DNA of 64,000 bases from the NCBI GenBank assembly GCA_002269645.1, contig NIVC01003425.1, positions 91,208 through 155,207 on the forward strand, given 5' to 3'. Positions within the stretch are counted from its first letter, which is position 1. Each line of letters starts with the position of its first letter. Under the pieces are notes generated by a model. The model saw only the letters and a program-made list of their open reading frames with translations. It was not told the origin of the DNA and ran no database searches. This document shows positions 13,554 through 26,400 of this stretch, one piece after another. The position numbers and the translations under genes are program-made. This stretch comes from Macrostomum lignano (lineage: Eukaryota).

Positions 13554-13785
13554 TTAGCGCTGCGAGTCCGACTTTTTCGTCAGGAGCAGCTCCTGTGCGG
13601 ATCGTCTCTCCCTGCGGTCTCTGGCGGTGCATCGGCTGTAGAAATACCTCAGCTCCGCGGGCACGCCATCCGGCAGGGCCGTGGCGCCCCTCCTGTCAAG
13701 ATGCTGGAACAGCTCACAGTAGCTTCTGGCATTGGCGATTCCGAGCAGCTCTGGCGCCATGATGTTCAGAGTGCCTTTTAGTGCC
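13554..13785 (-). pseudogene. Protein kinase C-lobe fragment
   Basis: Minus strand reads ALKGTLNIMAPELL (subdomain VIII), then ...PAELRYFYSRCTARDRRERRSAQELL (subdomain XI). Subdomain IX is absent and no N-lobe exon was found. Confidence 0.6.
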
Positions 13786-13789
13786 CTTG

Positions 13790-14035
13790 GGAGTTACTGA
13801 GATGCCAATTAGCTCAATGGGAAGTTGCTGAGATGCCAATTAGCTCAATGGGAAGTTGCTGAGATGCCAATTAGCTCAATGGGAAGTTGCTGAGATGCCA
13901 ATTAGCTCAATGGGGAGTCGCTGAGATGCCATGGCTCAATGGGGAGTCGCTGAGATGCCATGGCTCAATGGGGAGTCGCTGAGATGCCATGGCTCAATGG
14001 GGAGTCGCTGAGATGCCATGACTCAATAGGGAGTT
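13790..14035. repeat. 29-31-bp gagatgccatgg minisatellite, array 2 of 3
   Basis: Tandem repeat, same family as 6945-7548. Confidence 0.9.
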
Positions 14036-14921
14036 ACTATAAGGATTCAATTTTATATGCATGTAGGCTTTAGGGACTATCGTAGGAACTATTAGGAATA
14101 GGACTTAGGATTTAAGAAATTAGGGAATTGCATTGTTATCAGAGGGTGGTGGAGTGTAGCAGTTGTGGACAGCTGCACTCTTACAAAAAGCCACAAGGGC
14201 TTGATGACGGCATTGCAAAGGGCGAGTGCAGGCCGCCCTAAAAGTCTGCTTCCACTTTAGAGGGGTTGTATGCCTTTATGTGGGGAGGGGTTCAATTACA
14301 TTTTTAACAGAGACATTTCAGAAATCGCACGAGAAAGGGGAACCGTGAGAATCGGCCGGAATTGCGCGGTGGCTGGAAGACGTGGGAAATGATAACGCAG
14401 ACAGTTTCACAGGGACTTCATCGGGGAAATTTACTATAAATAAGCGAGGGGTTAAATGTCTAAAACTTTACCTTTCTCTCACTCTCTTTTCACTCTCTTT
14501 TTACACGCCTTGTATTAACTCTTGGATTGCTTAAAAATAGTTTGTAAATCACGACGACCGCTTCTGCAGACACCTGTGACCGGAGGGTAAGACTGAGCAC
14601 TGCCATGACTATAGATTTATGAATAGTAGCGTATCGGTCTCAGACCAAGTAGATAGGCGTAATTTATTTATATATATATAATAATAGATTAATAGGAGTA
14701 TTTGAGTAGCTAAATTATACCGTAGTGTCTCAGACTTATTCTCCCTGCTTGTAGCTCGCTCATTTGCTTATTTACTTATTTATATAAACATTAAAAATGC
14801 AGTAGTAAATATAATTATACGGTTGATCATTAAATAACATCCAAGCATATTCTACCTCGTTTGAGTTTCTATTAATCATACGTAAGGTTCTTAGTTTGCG
14901 GCCAACTAGGAAACTTATAGT

Positions 14922-15465
14922 TACTGAGATGCCATGGATCAATGGGGGGAGTTGCTGAGATGCCATGGCTCAATGGGGGCAGTTGCTGAGATGCCATGGC
15001 TCAATTGGGGGAGTTGCTGAGATGCCATGGATCAATGGGGGGAGCTGCTGAGATGCCATGGCTCAATGGGGGGAGTTGCTGAGATGCCATGGATCAATGG
15101 GGGGAGTTGCTGAGATGCCATGGCTCAATGGGGGGAGTTGCTGAGATGCCATGGCTCAATTGGGGGAGTTGCTGAGATGCCATGGATCAATGGGGGGAGC
15201 TGCTGAGATGCCATGGCTCAATGGGGGCAGTTGCTGAGATGCCATGGCTCAATGGGGGCAGTTGCTGAGATGCCATGGCTCAATGGGGGCAGTTGCTGAG
15301 ATGCCATGGCTCAATAGGGAGTTGCTGAGATGCCATGGCTCAATGGGGGCAGTTGCTGAGATGCCATGGCTCAATAGGGAGTTGCTGAGATGCCATGGCT
15401 CAATAGGGAGTTGCTGAGATGCCATGCCTTAATAGGGAGTGTCTGAGATGCCATGGCTCAATAGG
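14922..15465. repeat. 29-31-bp gagatgccatgg minisatellite, array 3 of 3
   Basis: Tandem repeat, same family as 6945-7548. Confidence 0.9.
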
Positions 15466-17201
15466 AAGGTCTGAGGTCAGACAGCTCAGAACCCAATTTA
15501 GGACTAGCGATGCTCAGACTATGAAAAAGATCGGATGCTCAGAAATGACACTGGCACTGTCTCTAAAGCACTGTTTTAAGAGCTATGGGAGAGCTGACAG
15601 TATGCGGAGCCTCGCTTTACATGCAGGATTTCTATAGCTGGCAATGGATGCAGCTGATGGGTTTTATTCCAGGCCAATCCAGCTGTGACGGGCCTTCTGC
15701 TCATCTGTCAGCAAATGAGTCTCAGCTCGATCTGGCTCTGGCAGGCAGCGAAGCGAAGCAGCTCTGCTAAAGTCAATCCAATCAGTTTTCCCGAGCTAGA
15801 TTCTGCCTGCAGCCTCGCGTCCATTGTAAAAATATTTTTAGTCAGTTGCTTCATTTGAATCTGTTTGAGAATCGAATATTTCTCGTGCGGTACTCTCTCA
15901 CAACTCCCGGGGTTCTTTCAGCACTTGCACCGTTCCTGAAGTGCTCTAGACGCGCCACCAGCAGAGTATCTTCTAGCTGTTAAAATTAGTGTATGCCTGT
16001 GCCATTTTCCGTAGACCACTGCTTGAAAAACCCATGATCGGCTGGTTTTTGCGGGATGGGCGGCGACGCCTCCCCGCTGCATCCGGGTGCCCGGAACCAC
16101 CGGCAGTTGATGAGTTGTTCTCTCGCTTCTGAGCCCACGTAGCTTTGCTCTGTCGTAATTATCGAATTTCTAGAATGCAAGTCTGTACTGAAGGCCTTCG
16201 AGACTCAACGGTGCTTTCGAATTCAATAATGTAGAATGCTTGGCTTGCTCTCAAAGGCCTTCGGATAAGTTGTCTCAAGACCGTCTGATAGTTATACGTT
16301 GCGCCTGGCGTTCTCCATTGGTTCGTAGCACCTCAACAAGATTTGATGCACCCATTTCTCTAGCTCAGATCTCGGCGCGCTGCCGAGCTGCATCCAGATC
16401 GATTCCGTTCAAGTGAGCACTTTTCTGCATCCTGGCTGCAAAGACAGCTTCTCAAACAACATCAGCATACAGATAACTGATCAAAGCCCTTGTGGCGATT
16501 TTGCGCCCGAGGCTATAATGAATATATTTGAAATCCATCATCTTAGCAAAAAAGAGCTCAATCCGGAAAACACCAGACGCTGTGTCGGAACACAGGTTTC
16601 TATGCGCACAGGGCAGCCTTTTGAAACAAACTGGCAGAACAAGCACACAAACAAAAAACTCTCAACAAAAACACAGTAAAGTCAATTGGTCATGCGGTCT
16701 GGGTCCGTTAGATGATGCGCTGCAGTGCAAGCGAGCAGACAAAGTCCGTCTCGCCAGCAATCTCACCGCAGGCAGTCAGCGTATCGAGTTTGCACGTTAC
16801 AGGTTCCCGCCTAAATGAAGTCTGAAAGACGATCAGATTAGAAGATAATCAGGACATCCTCTAGAGACTGGGGGACAGTAGCTCTCGGCCCAGATTACGA
16901 GTCTGACTTTTTCTACAAAAATAAGTAAAATACAGAGAGTAGAACAAAAATAAGGTATAATGAGCGACAACACTTACTAAAAATTGCACTGGGTACATTT
17001 CAGAAACAACTGTGTGGCATACAGTTCAGACTCTGTTCATTAAATAAGTTGAAGAGTAAAAAGGAGAATCAGGGCTTCCGTTGAAACTCGTAGGTTATTA
17101 AGTTCACTTATACAAAATCGCCACAATAATTGTCATCAAGTTAAACCAATAAACACAAGCCATTAGCATATTATTATCTCTTTTCTCCACTTCATTCGCA
17201 C

Positions 17202-18002
17202 TCAGCGGCGGACAAAGAAGTCGCCGCTGCTGGCGCTGCTGAGCGCGGCCGGGACTGCAGCGAACTCCAGCAGGTGGCACAGGCGCTGCTGCTGGCTGAA
17301 GATCACCGCCTGGCAACCGGAGCGGCACCGGTACAGGCACTCGGGCAGCCCGGCACACTGCAATGTTCTGAAGGCGGGCGCATCCGGGACGCTCAGCTCA
17401 ACGAAGGTCCGGTTGCCGGGGACGAACACGTTCCGGTCTGCAGATGTAGAATGGGGCCAGTTGCATTAATGTCAAGCCTTTCTACATCATAGAAAGCAAG
17501 CCTCTCTACGGCTCGTAGAGAGAAATTTGTACTTTAACCTACTTGTGCAAGCGGCTTCCGCACTGCCCGTGTAGCTCAGCCGCAGCACCCGGTTTTGGTA
17601 GCTGCCTCCGCAGTTCTGGCTCAGATTTCCACTGCAAGCATGGGTGCAGTCCGAGTCTGAAGCAGCGCCCTGCGACCCGTACGAGTTGCCGCAGAAGCAC
17701 CAGTATCCGGCCTGCAGAGCCGCGAACTCAAAACTGCCCAGAGCGCAGACGCTGCCGCACAGCTCGTGAGTCATCATCCAGTAGCTGCCGACATATGCGC
17801 CACTGCCATCGTTTATCGACATCAAACTGGAGCTGCCAATTTGTGTGAGGCCGAGGTGCTTCATTTCACCGACGTCTCTCGCGCCATTCGCGCCGTCAAC
17901 GAAGCAGCCGAGGTCCGAGATCTGGAACTGACGGCAGAGAGCGGCGCAGATCAGGCAGCTCATGATCGGAGCGCAGAAGCAGATCCTGTACAGAGCCGGC
18001 AT
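17202..18002 (-). CDS. Secreted WSC + PAN/apple-domain protein (2 exons, ~231 aa)
   Basis: ATG 18002, signal-peptide-like MPALYRICFCAPIMSCLICAALC. WSC motifs LGCFVD...MTHELCGSVC...FAALQAGYWCFCGN...CSGNLSQNCGG. Donor A|gtaggt at 17543/17542, acceptor cag| at 17438/17437, in frame. Exon 2 C..RCRSGCQAVIFSQQQRLCHL is PAN-like. Confidence 0.8.
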
Positions 18003-19276
18003 GGTAGGCTGATTTCCAGTGCGATTTTCAGAGAAAATTGGACTCTTAGAGTAGAGAATGGATTCATCAAAGCTATTTAAAGCGGCATTATAATTGCTAA
18101 CACAGAGACAATGGGCTTTCAATACAGAACCCGCGACGTGTTTGCACAGCTGCGCTGATTGGAATCCGTGGGCTGCTGCCATTGCGTCAAATCGCATAGC
18201 CCCATCGCATAGCCCCGGAAGCACTGAATTCCTAGGCTTTTCGAATACAGCTGCACGCGCTCAAGGCCACAACGTTCGCTCCGTTGCCCTGCCGCTGTTG
18301 GCCACTGCAGCAGTGACGCGGATCTGCACCGTCTTGGCCACTTGGACGTCGCAGCATTCACTTGCACAAGGTGCAATTATTTTAATTGCGCTAAAACAGC
18401 TAACAATGTCAAATTCATCACTTACTTGTCCTCAGTTGTGTTTAGTGAGCCCTGCAGATTCATGTAGGATCTGGCTGGTCCCCTTCGGGATGGCATCGAA
18501 GGCACCCAACTTGTTGCTGACTTAAATATGGCGGCATTTTCGCACCTGCTGCTCAAACAGCTGTCGGTTATTGCTGGCTGAGGGAGGGGTAGCTCTGCAA
18601 TTCCGCTGTTGCTGCAACTGTGTCCGGCATGTCAGGTCGGGTGAGGCGGAAGCAGTAACGGATGCCATTCAGCAGCAATTCAGGGTCATGGATCGTCAGT
18701 CATCAGTTGTCAGACGGGCCTGCTGCGCTGTAGTTTGAGTACCCCAGCCGGGACGCAATTTAGTTTAATGACGTGCTGATTTAGCGCTGGTGCGCTCGTA
18801 GCAGGAGAAGCAGACATACCGGAACCTGCGGTCGCGCTAAATGCAGCCGTTGTGGTTGTTGGACTTCACGCCCCCAGCTGTCCCCCTTCCGTATCGTCGG
18901 CCCAATCTGAGCTTTGAGTTGGTCCACTGCAGGTTGCTGATTGCAGGTTTGCGTCGCTGATTAACTTGGACTTGGATTTTTTTATCATCAGTTGGTTAGT
19001 ACAGTATTACACTCGTAATGCGCCGATAGCAATATTCGCTCGTAAATCCAATGGGATCAAGAGATTTACATCAGTGGACAGAATTTGATGGGTTTGTAAC
19101 CTGGGTTTTGGCTTTAAAAGCATTTGCTATTCCTCTACATGTAAGAGTATTGATAATTGATTTCACCTGCCCTAATAGACAGATGTGCAACCGACAGCTC
19201 AGCCGCAGCTATTGTGCGGTGCATCTGAAGGCCGCGTACGGCTGTTCGGGGTTGCCACACACACCCTCAATTACTT

Positions 19277-19594
19277 CAGGTAGAGTTTAGATTCCTCAGG
19301 TAGGGTTCAGATTCCTCAGGTAGGGTTCAGATTCCTCAGGTAGGGTTCAGATTCCTCAGGTAGGGTTCAGATTCCTCAGGTAGGGTTCAGATTCCTCAGG
19401 TAGGGTTCAGATTCCTCAGGTAGGGTTCAGATTCCTCAGGTAGGGTTCAGATTCCTCAGGTAGGGTTCAGATTCCTCGGGTAGGGTTCAGATTCCTCAGG
19501 TAGGGTTCAGATTCTTCAGGTAGGGTTCAGATTCCTCAAGTAGGGTTCAGATTCTTCAGGTAGGGTTTGGATTCTTCAGGTAGGGTTCAGATTG
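19277..19594. repeat. 20-bp minisatellite (caggtagggttcagattcct)
   Basis: Direct tandem repetition. Confidence 0.95.
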
Positions 19595-20179
19595 TATGAA
19601 ATTCCATGGCTCAATGTTCATTTGTGACTGCTAAATGCTCGTTAAATGCATTGCAGGCCCTGCAGCTTCAGACCTAATAGCTTGGAATGCATTTTATTAC
19701 CAAATATGTATATGGGATTTCATGCTCGCTTCTTTGTTGCATCAGCTGCTTCCCTTTCTTACAGTCTCTCTTCCTATCTCCCTTTCTCTCTCCCTCCTCT
19801 CCCTCTCTCCCTCCTCTCCCTCCTCTCCCTCCTCTCCCTCTCTCCCTCCTCTCCCTATAGCACAGGCAATTACATAAAGCGGACAAGACTACATGGCAAC
19901 GGGAGCAAAACTGGGAGCAGCGACTACATGGAGCGGACAAAATTACATGGTGATAAAAATTGAAAATTTAATATTTAATCGAAAGATCTCGGCTAGAAAA
20001 AAATTATAAAATATTTTTTAAGAAAAATGATCTAAAATTAATCTAATAAATGAACTTTTTGCATTGTTTGTAGCACTACTTTTTATAGAACAGGCCTACT
20101 AACTTTTTTAGTAGTGAAGACGTACAGAATCGGACAGAATTACCTTGACTTTGCTCCCAATTAGGACAGAATTACCTTG

Positions 20180-21357
20180 TGTGATAAATAGGCAATTAGA
20201 TAATAGCATGCACGGTAAGCAATTATTTAGGCCCTAGACAAACCTACTTGGAGCGTTTGGAGATTTTAAAGCTATTAATCCTAATCGCCTATCGCCGGTC
20301 GGCGAGTCCTACCAGTCTTTCTCCAATAGCCGCAGGTACAGTACAAGAAAATAAAGAACACGAGGGAACGCGAACCGAAAGATTTAGAGAGTGATAATCC
20401 TATAAGAATAGCTAATAAACCATTGACTTGACGGTTTAATTTGATTATTCAAGTTACAAGATTCAAACAAATTCGCGGCGCAGATAATTAGACTGATGAT
20501 AACGAATAATAACGATTAATAATAATGATTTAATTACGCACTGGCAAGCGGACCTCAGCTGAAGAAGAAGAAGGAGGAGGCACCGAACACAGGACCACGG
20601 AGAAAGACTCCTAACCCCTGGCCTAAGCCAGAACCTACACTCAAACGAGAGCCCTGCCGAATCGACCGTTCAACGGAGTACCGACTAAATTCTATCGGCA
20701 CTGCCCTTCAGTGTAACACTGAGGCCCTCGGGGTCGAGGCCGCGTACTTGATCAGATCCGACAGTCTCTACCTAAACCGCGCTTGATAGCGACGACTTCA
20801 GACAGGAATTTGCCGTAGGCGTTACGCCACAAGACTACTGCGGTTGGGCGGGGACAAAGATACGGACCGGGGTGACGAATCAAAACGCCTCAAAGCGCGA
20901 ACCAAAGGGAACAGGCCACCGGCCGGGAAGCTGGACAAGACAAAACCGGGGAAAGAGAGAGAAAAGTGAGATCCGATTGCCAAATACACTTTCATATATA
21001 GTCAGAGTCACAACCCCTCAAAACCCCCTCAAGCCGGGTGGTGGTCGTCTGGCCGGCCGCTTGCTAAGCCGACTTGCACTGTGCCCGCGGCGCCGGGTAG
21101 AATTGAAACTTGCCGCGTGCCAGGGTCCAGGCCGGTTCTGATTGGCTGGCCGCGCAAAGCTGGGGTTCGCAGACAAAACTCAACCCTCCGCTGAGTCACA
21201 AATAGCGTCTAACTCTAACCTGTTTACACAAAATTGATTCCAACTATCAAGGAAAAAGTACACCAAAAACGTATGACTAAACTAAAGCAAAATAACAATT
21301 CAATAACAATAATGCAAAACCTAACTAATAGAATACGCAAAAGATGCTCACACTACA
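20180..21357. mobile_element. Probable solo LTR (1,178 bp)
   Basis: TGT...ACA ends and 4-bp TSD CTTG (20176-20179 / 21358-21361). Removing it restores gaattaccttgactttgctcccaatt, as in the uninterrupted unit just upstream (~20135-20162). No coding capacity. Confidence 0.7.
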
Positions 21358-21444
21358 CTTGACTTTGCTCCCAATTAGGGACAGAATTACCTTGATTTTG
21401 CTCCCAACTATATAGATAGACTGTAAAAAATTAACCCGCAGTGA

Positions 21445-22290
21445 CACGCATTAATCCAACGAAAACCATCACTGACCTAATCCAAGTAAGTAATCAGTGA
21501 CCCGCTTAATGGCAAGTGATCTTCACTGACCCGAACTAATCCAAGTGGCCTTCAGTAACAGGCATTAATCCAAGTGGCCGTTAGTGAACCGCACTAATCC
21601 AATTGACCATCAGTGACCCGAACTAATCCAAGTGACCACTACACAGATCTGGAGGCCGGACAGAATTACCTGAAATTTGCTCCCCACTACACAGATCTGG
21701 AGGCCGGACAGAATTACCTGAAATTTGCTCCCCACTACACAGATCTGGAGGCCGGACAGAATTACCTGAAATTTGCTCCCCACTACACAGATCTGGAGGC
21801 CGGACAGAATTACCTGAAATTTGCTCCCCACTACAGAAATAGACAAAAGAAAAGTATTCCATGTGACCTTCAGTGACTCGCACTAATCCAAGTGACCATC
21901 AGTGACCCGCATTAATCCAAGTGACCTTCAGTGACCCGTACTAATCCAAGTGGCCTTCAGTGACCCGCACTAATCCAAGTGAACATTAGTGACCAGCACT
22001 AATGCAAGTGACCATCAGTGAGCCGCACTAATCCAAGTGACTATCACTGACCCGCACTAATCCAAGTGACTATCACTGACCCGCACTAATCCAAGTGACT
22101 ATCACTGACCCGCGCTAATCCAAGTGACTATCACTGACCCGCACTAATCCAAGTGACTATCACTGACCCGCACTAATCCAAGTGACTATCACTGACCCGC
22201 ACTAATCCAAGTGACTATCACTGACCCGCACTAATCCAAGTGACTATCACTGACCCGCACTAATTCAAGTGGCCTTCAGTGAGCCGCCAT
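21445..22290. repeat. 29-bp minisatellite (gtgactatcactgacccgcactaatccaa) with a nested 48-bp x4 array at ~21637-21834
   Basis: Direct tandem repetition. The nested unit shares ggacagaattacct with the repeat flanking the solo LTR. Confidence 0.9.
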
Positions 22291-22701
22291 TCCTTCCCCG
22301 ATACAGTTACATGAAGTACCGTTTTTTAGGTATCCAAACCATAAAGTTTGTTTTAAGCATTACGAGTAGAACTTATATACGAATACAAAAAATGCTATAA
22401 GAACTATAGATGCCTAGCTAGGCCAGGCTGTCCTCACCGGCCTCTGTATATCTTAGCAGCCTTGGCTGTCCTATACTTAAAACAAAGAGCCAGGCCCAAC
22501 TCAGCATTTTCCCTCAAACACACAGAGCTCTTGGAACCGTTATAATCTTCATCTAACTGACTCACCGGCCTCTGTAAATCTCGGCAGCTTAGACCTCCTA
22601 TACTTAGAACGAAGTAGGCTCTAAGTCTGCTTTTTCACTCAAACATAAAGGGAAAGTCTTGGGGCCGCTAAAACCTCTTCATCTAAGAGACTCACCCGCC
22701 T

Positions 22702-22880
22702 CAGTCAGTCAGTCAGTTGCAGTCAGTCAGTCAGTCAGTCAATCAGTCAGTCAGTCAGTCAGTCAGTCAGTCAGTCAGTCAGTCAGTCAGTCAGTCAGTC
22801 AGTCAGTCAGTCAGTCAGTCAGTCAGTCAGTCATTCAGTCAGTCAGTCAGTCAGTCAGTCAGTCAGTCAGTCAGTCAGTC
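22702..22880. repeat. (TCAG)n microsatellite
   Basis: Direct repetition. Confidence 0.98.
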
Positions 22881-23482
22881 AGAAAGAAGCGGAGAGAAGC
22901 TGGGATATCAAAAAGAAGGGGAGAGAAGTGGAAAAAAGCTGGGATATCAGAGAGAAGCGGAGAGAAGCTAGGATATCAGAGGGATGATGGCGCCAAGCTG
23001 GGAAGCTGAGAAATTGATGCACATAAAATACGTTAGAAGGCAAAGGTGCGAAAGAACGATTGGGCGCAAGGCCGTAGCCAGCGTATTTTTATCAAACACA
23101 GAATTGATGCAATATCAGATATCAGAAAGAAGCGGAGAGAAACTGTTATTATCAGAGAGAAGCGGAAAGAAGCTGGGATTATCAGAAAGAAGCGGAGAAA
23201 AGCTGGGATTATCAGAGGGAAGTTGAGAGAAGCTGAGATTATCAGAAAGAAGCGGAGAGAAGCTGGGATTATCAGAGAGAAGCGGAGAGAAGCTGGGATT
23301 ATCAGAGAGAAGCGGAGAAAAGCTGGGATTATCAGAGAGAAGCGGAGAAAAGCTGGGATTATCAGAAAGAAGCGGAGAAAAGCTGGGATTATCAGAAAGA
23401 AGCGGAGAAAAGCTGAGATTATCAGAAAGAAGCGGAGAGAAGCTGGGATTATCACAGAGAAGCGGAGAGAAGCTGGGAAGTT
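22880..23482. repeat. 30-bp minisatellite (atcagagagaagcggagagaagctgggatt)
   Basis: Direct tandem repetition, with one non-repeat interruption at ~23010-23115. Confidence 0.9.
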
Positions 23483-26400
23483 GAGAAATTAATGCATACA
23501 AAATACGTTAGAAGATTATAAGTTATATATTCTTACAACCTGTTAAAACCCACGGATTTTGAACCCTGTGGCGGCCAGGCTGTACGCGACCGGCAGCACC
23601 AGTGCAGCCATACTGGAAACCCCCCAACCTCTGTCTAGCTGAGGTGGGGTGGGTGCGCACCAAGCTAGCCGGCTCGCTAAGCCGGGGGGGGGGGGGTTGG
23701 CGTAGCCTATCACACGCCACGCCACCTTTTCGCACCTCCCTACTAGGCCCCTCAATCTCGCGCTGTTTGTAAATATTAATATACGCGCAAAGCAGCACAA
23801 AATATTCGCTGCCAAATAAATATTATTGAATTAATTAAGGCCCTCCGCCTCATTGGTGCCCATGCAGCTTGACGCCCATGCAGCGTGGAATGCTGGGCCT
23901 ACGTGGTCGGCCCTGTGCGGTCCTGGCAGCCAACCGCCTTGGCCGACTTGGCAGCCCAGCAGCACCGCAGCCCAGCAACCACAGCAGTAGCAGCAACAAT
24001 CAGCCCAGTCAGCCCGCCCCCTGGTAGCTCCGGGGTCTCGCCTTTCGGGCCCCGTTTGGACCAACCACCGCCACACGCTGCAGCTCATTCTAGGTTAGCA
24101 CCGCTGCTGCTTGCCTAACATCCCCAGCCTCTGTGCAGGAGCCTCGACCCGGCTTACGACCGGCAACTGACTGTCGCGATTGCCTCTGGTGTGGTCCGCC
24201 CTACTCTCTTATCATGGATAAATCATCTATGATCCATGATCCATTGATAAATCCTGCATGTTCATGGTATTTTCATCCATGGATTTTTAAAACTTTCCAT
24301 GGTAAAATCATCCATGTCAGGGAGTTCATACGGGAAAATAAATAACTAAGCTTATAAAAAATTTCAGGCTATTTTATGTATATCTAATAAAGTTTTAAAT
24401 ATATTTAATAAAAGCGAAATTGTAAATACAAAAAATAGTTTAATAAATTTGTTAAAATCTTCACCTACAAATTGCTTTGAATATATTACCAGCAATTTTG
24501 TTGGCCATTTTGTTTCGGTTTAGTTAATTACGGACTTAACTTCCCATAAACATAAATTACTAGGCCTATTTTTCCTTTCTAAGAGGACTCTGTCACTCTT
24601 GCATGTTGTCATCATTTCATTATGTGTCACTATGTGCTATGTTTATGTTTATGTTTTTTCTTAGCTATATACTTCCAGTTCCACTTTTGGTAGCTAGTTT
24701 TAAAATTCGGTGGCTTGTAAGGTTTTTTGACATGCTAATTTTGATCTTCACTCCTTCAGTGAAAATTGTATTTGTAGATATATTAGAAAATAGAAACCCT
24801 ATTATATATTATATTTGGGATGCAAAGATAACCTATAGGGGTTAGATGTATATTTTTGAATGATATTTTGCTGCATTTTTATAATGATAGGTTGGCCTAA
24901 CCAAAGCCAAAGGCCTAGTCTAAAGTGGCATCCTAGACCTAGGCCATAGCCTAATGATAAAAATCACATGGTAGGCTGACAGTTTCAAAATAATAAAAAA
25001 TAATAGTATATTATGGTAATTGGTACTTAATTTCGAGACCTTTCATGTCCTTTGTATCTAATATACAGTCTATAATCAAAACTAGACTAGACTAGGCCCA
25101 ATTAGGCCTAATATTGTCTACTTTGTATCAGAAAATCCACAATGGCACAACTTTATAATTATAGGCCTATATATAGGGCCTAGGCCTTATATTATAATTT
25201 TTATTTAAAATCATAGGGGCCTAGGGTCCCTACATTAAATTTTTTTTATATACAATTCTAATTGGTTTGTCATTGGCCTCTTGATTGATTCTTCAAACCT
25301 TATCTCCTTGTGAAACTTTTTCAGAACAAATTGTTATGGATGATATTGGATTAAGTGCATCTAATTCTAGGCCTCTTCGAAAGCAGACAAAAAGTACTTC
25401 TAAATTTGGAAATGACAATTCAGCATTGTTTTTCTGCTTTATTCTTCACAATGTTGGCCATGATGAGCAATATGTGACCATTGCATTTGGGTCTCCCTAT
25501 TGGCCAAGTACAATAACTAATGATGAAAAGTTGGAACTTGCACAAGTAAGATTTTAAGTTGGATTTATATGCATAATATTTTGTTATTGAGTACATGGTT
25601 TCTAAAACAAATTATTCCAACTACAAATGTAATATTACTTTATTAAATTATATTTTAGGGGACTAAAGTCTTTTTACGCATGTATGGCAAACTATTTTCT
25701 GCTACACTTGTGGCAAAAGGTAGTGAAAGGCAAATGGCTTCAACTATGAACCAACTTTCCAACTTGGTTAGTGAGGCTGAAAATACTGATTCATTGATTA
25801 GCCAAGCTATTGAGCTTTTTGCAATGAAAGATCCCCAAGCTGGCATTGCAAATGTAAGGACAATAAGGTCATCTAGTTCAAAGCAGGTTGCTTCAAGTTC
25901 TAGTTGTCATCAGCATGGACTACTTGACGAGCTTTATGAAGTGGATAGTGAAAGTGGCGAACCAAATTTGGCGATACCAGCTACTCAATCAATGGGTAAA
26001 ACTGCAATATATATGAACTATTAATTGTTTGCAATTTGTTTTTTTTGTTGTATTATTTGATTAATTATTATTTTTTAGAAAAAGCCATTTCTGCATTTGA
26101 GAGAGAGGCATCTTTGGTTGAAAATGAGCAAGCTCGTGCCACAGGCCTCTTGACTACTAAGCAACGGCAGATGGCTTGATTTTGGAGGTGAGGTGGGTGT
26201 CAACCCTCCTCGCCTCTCATTGGCTGGCGCCCCGATCACTAGGTGATCGATACCCGTATCGATATCGGCGCTCGGCGCGCGCGCGCCGCAGGCGCGTGGC
26301 GCCAAGCGCCGTCCAGCCGCAGGCGACCCTCCCCAGCCACCGGCGACCCTCCCCAGCCGCAGGCGCACCTACCGATATGTATGCCCACCCTACCGATATG

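Noticed and set aside
15880-16700. Possible decayed coding sequence on the minus strand (also 18090-18960)
   Set aside because: Multiple stops in all frames and no recognisable domain.
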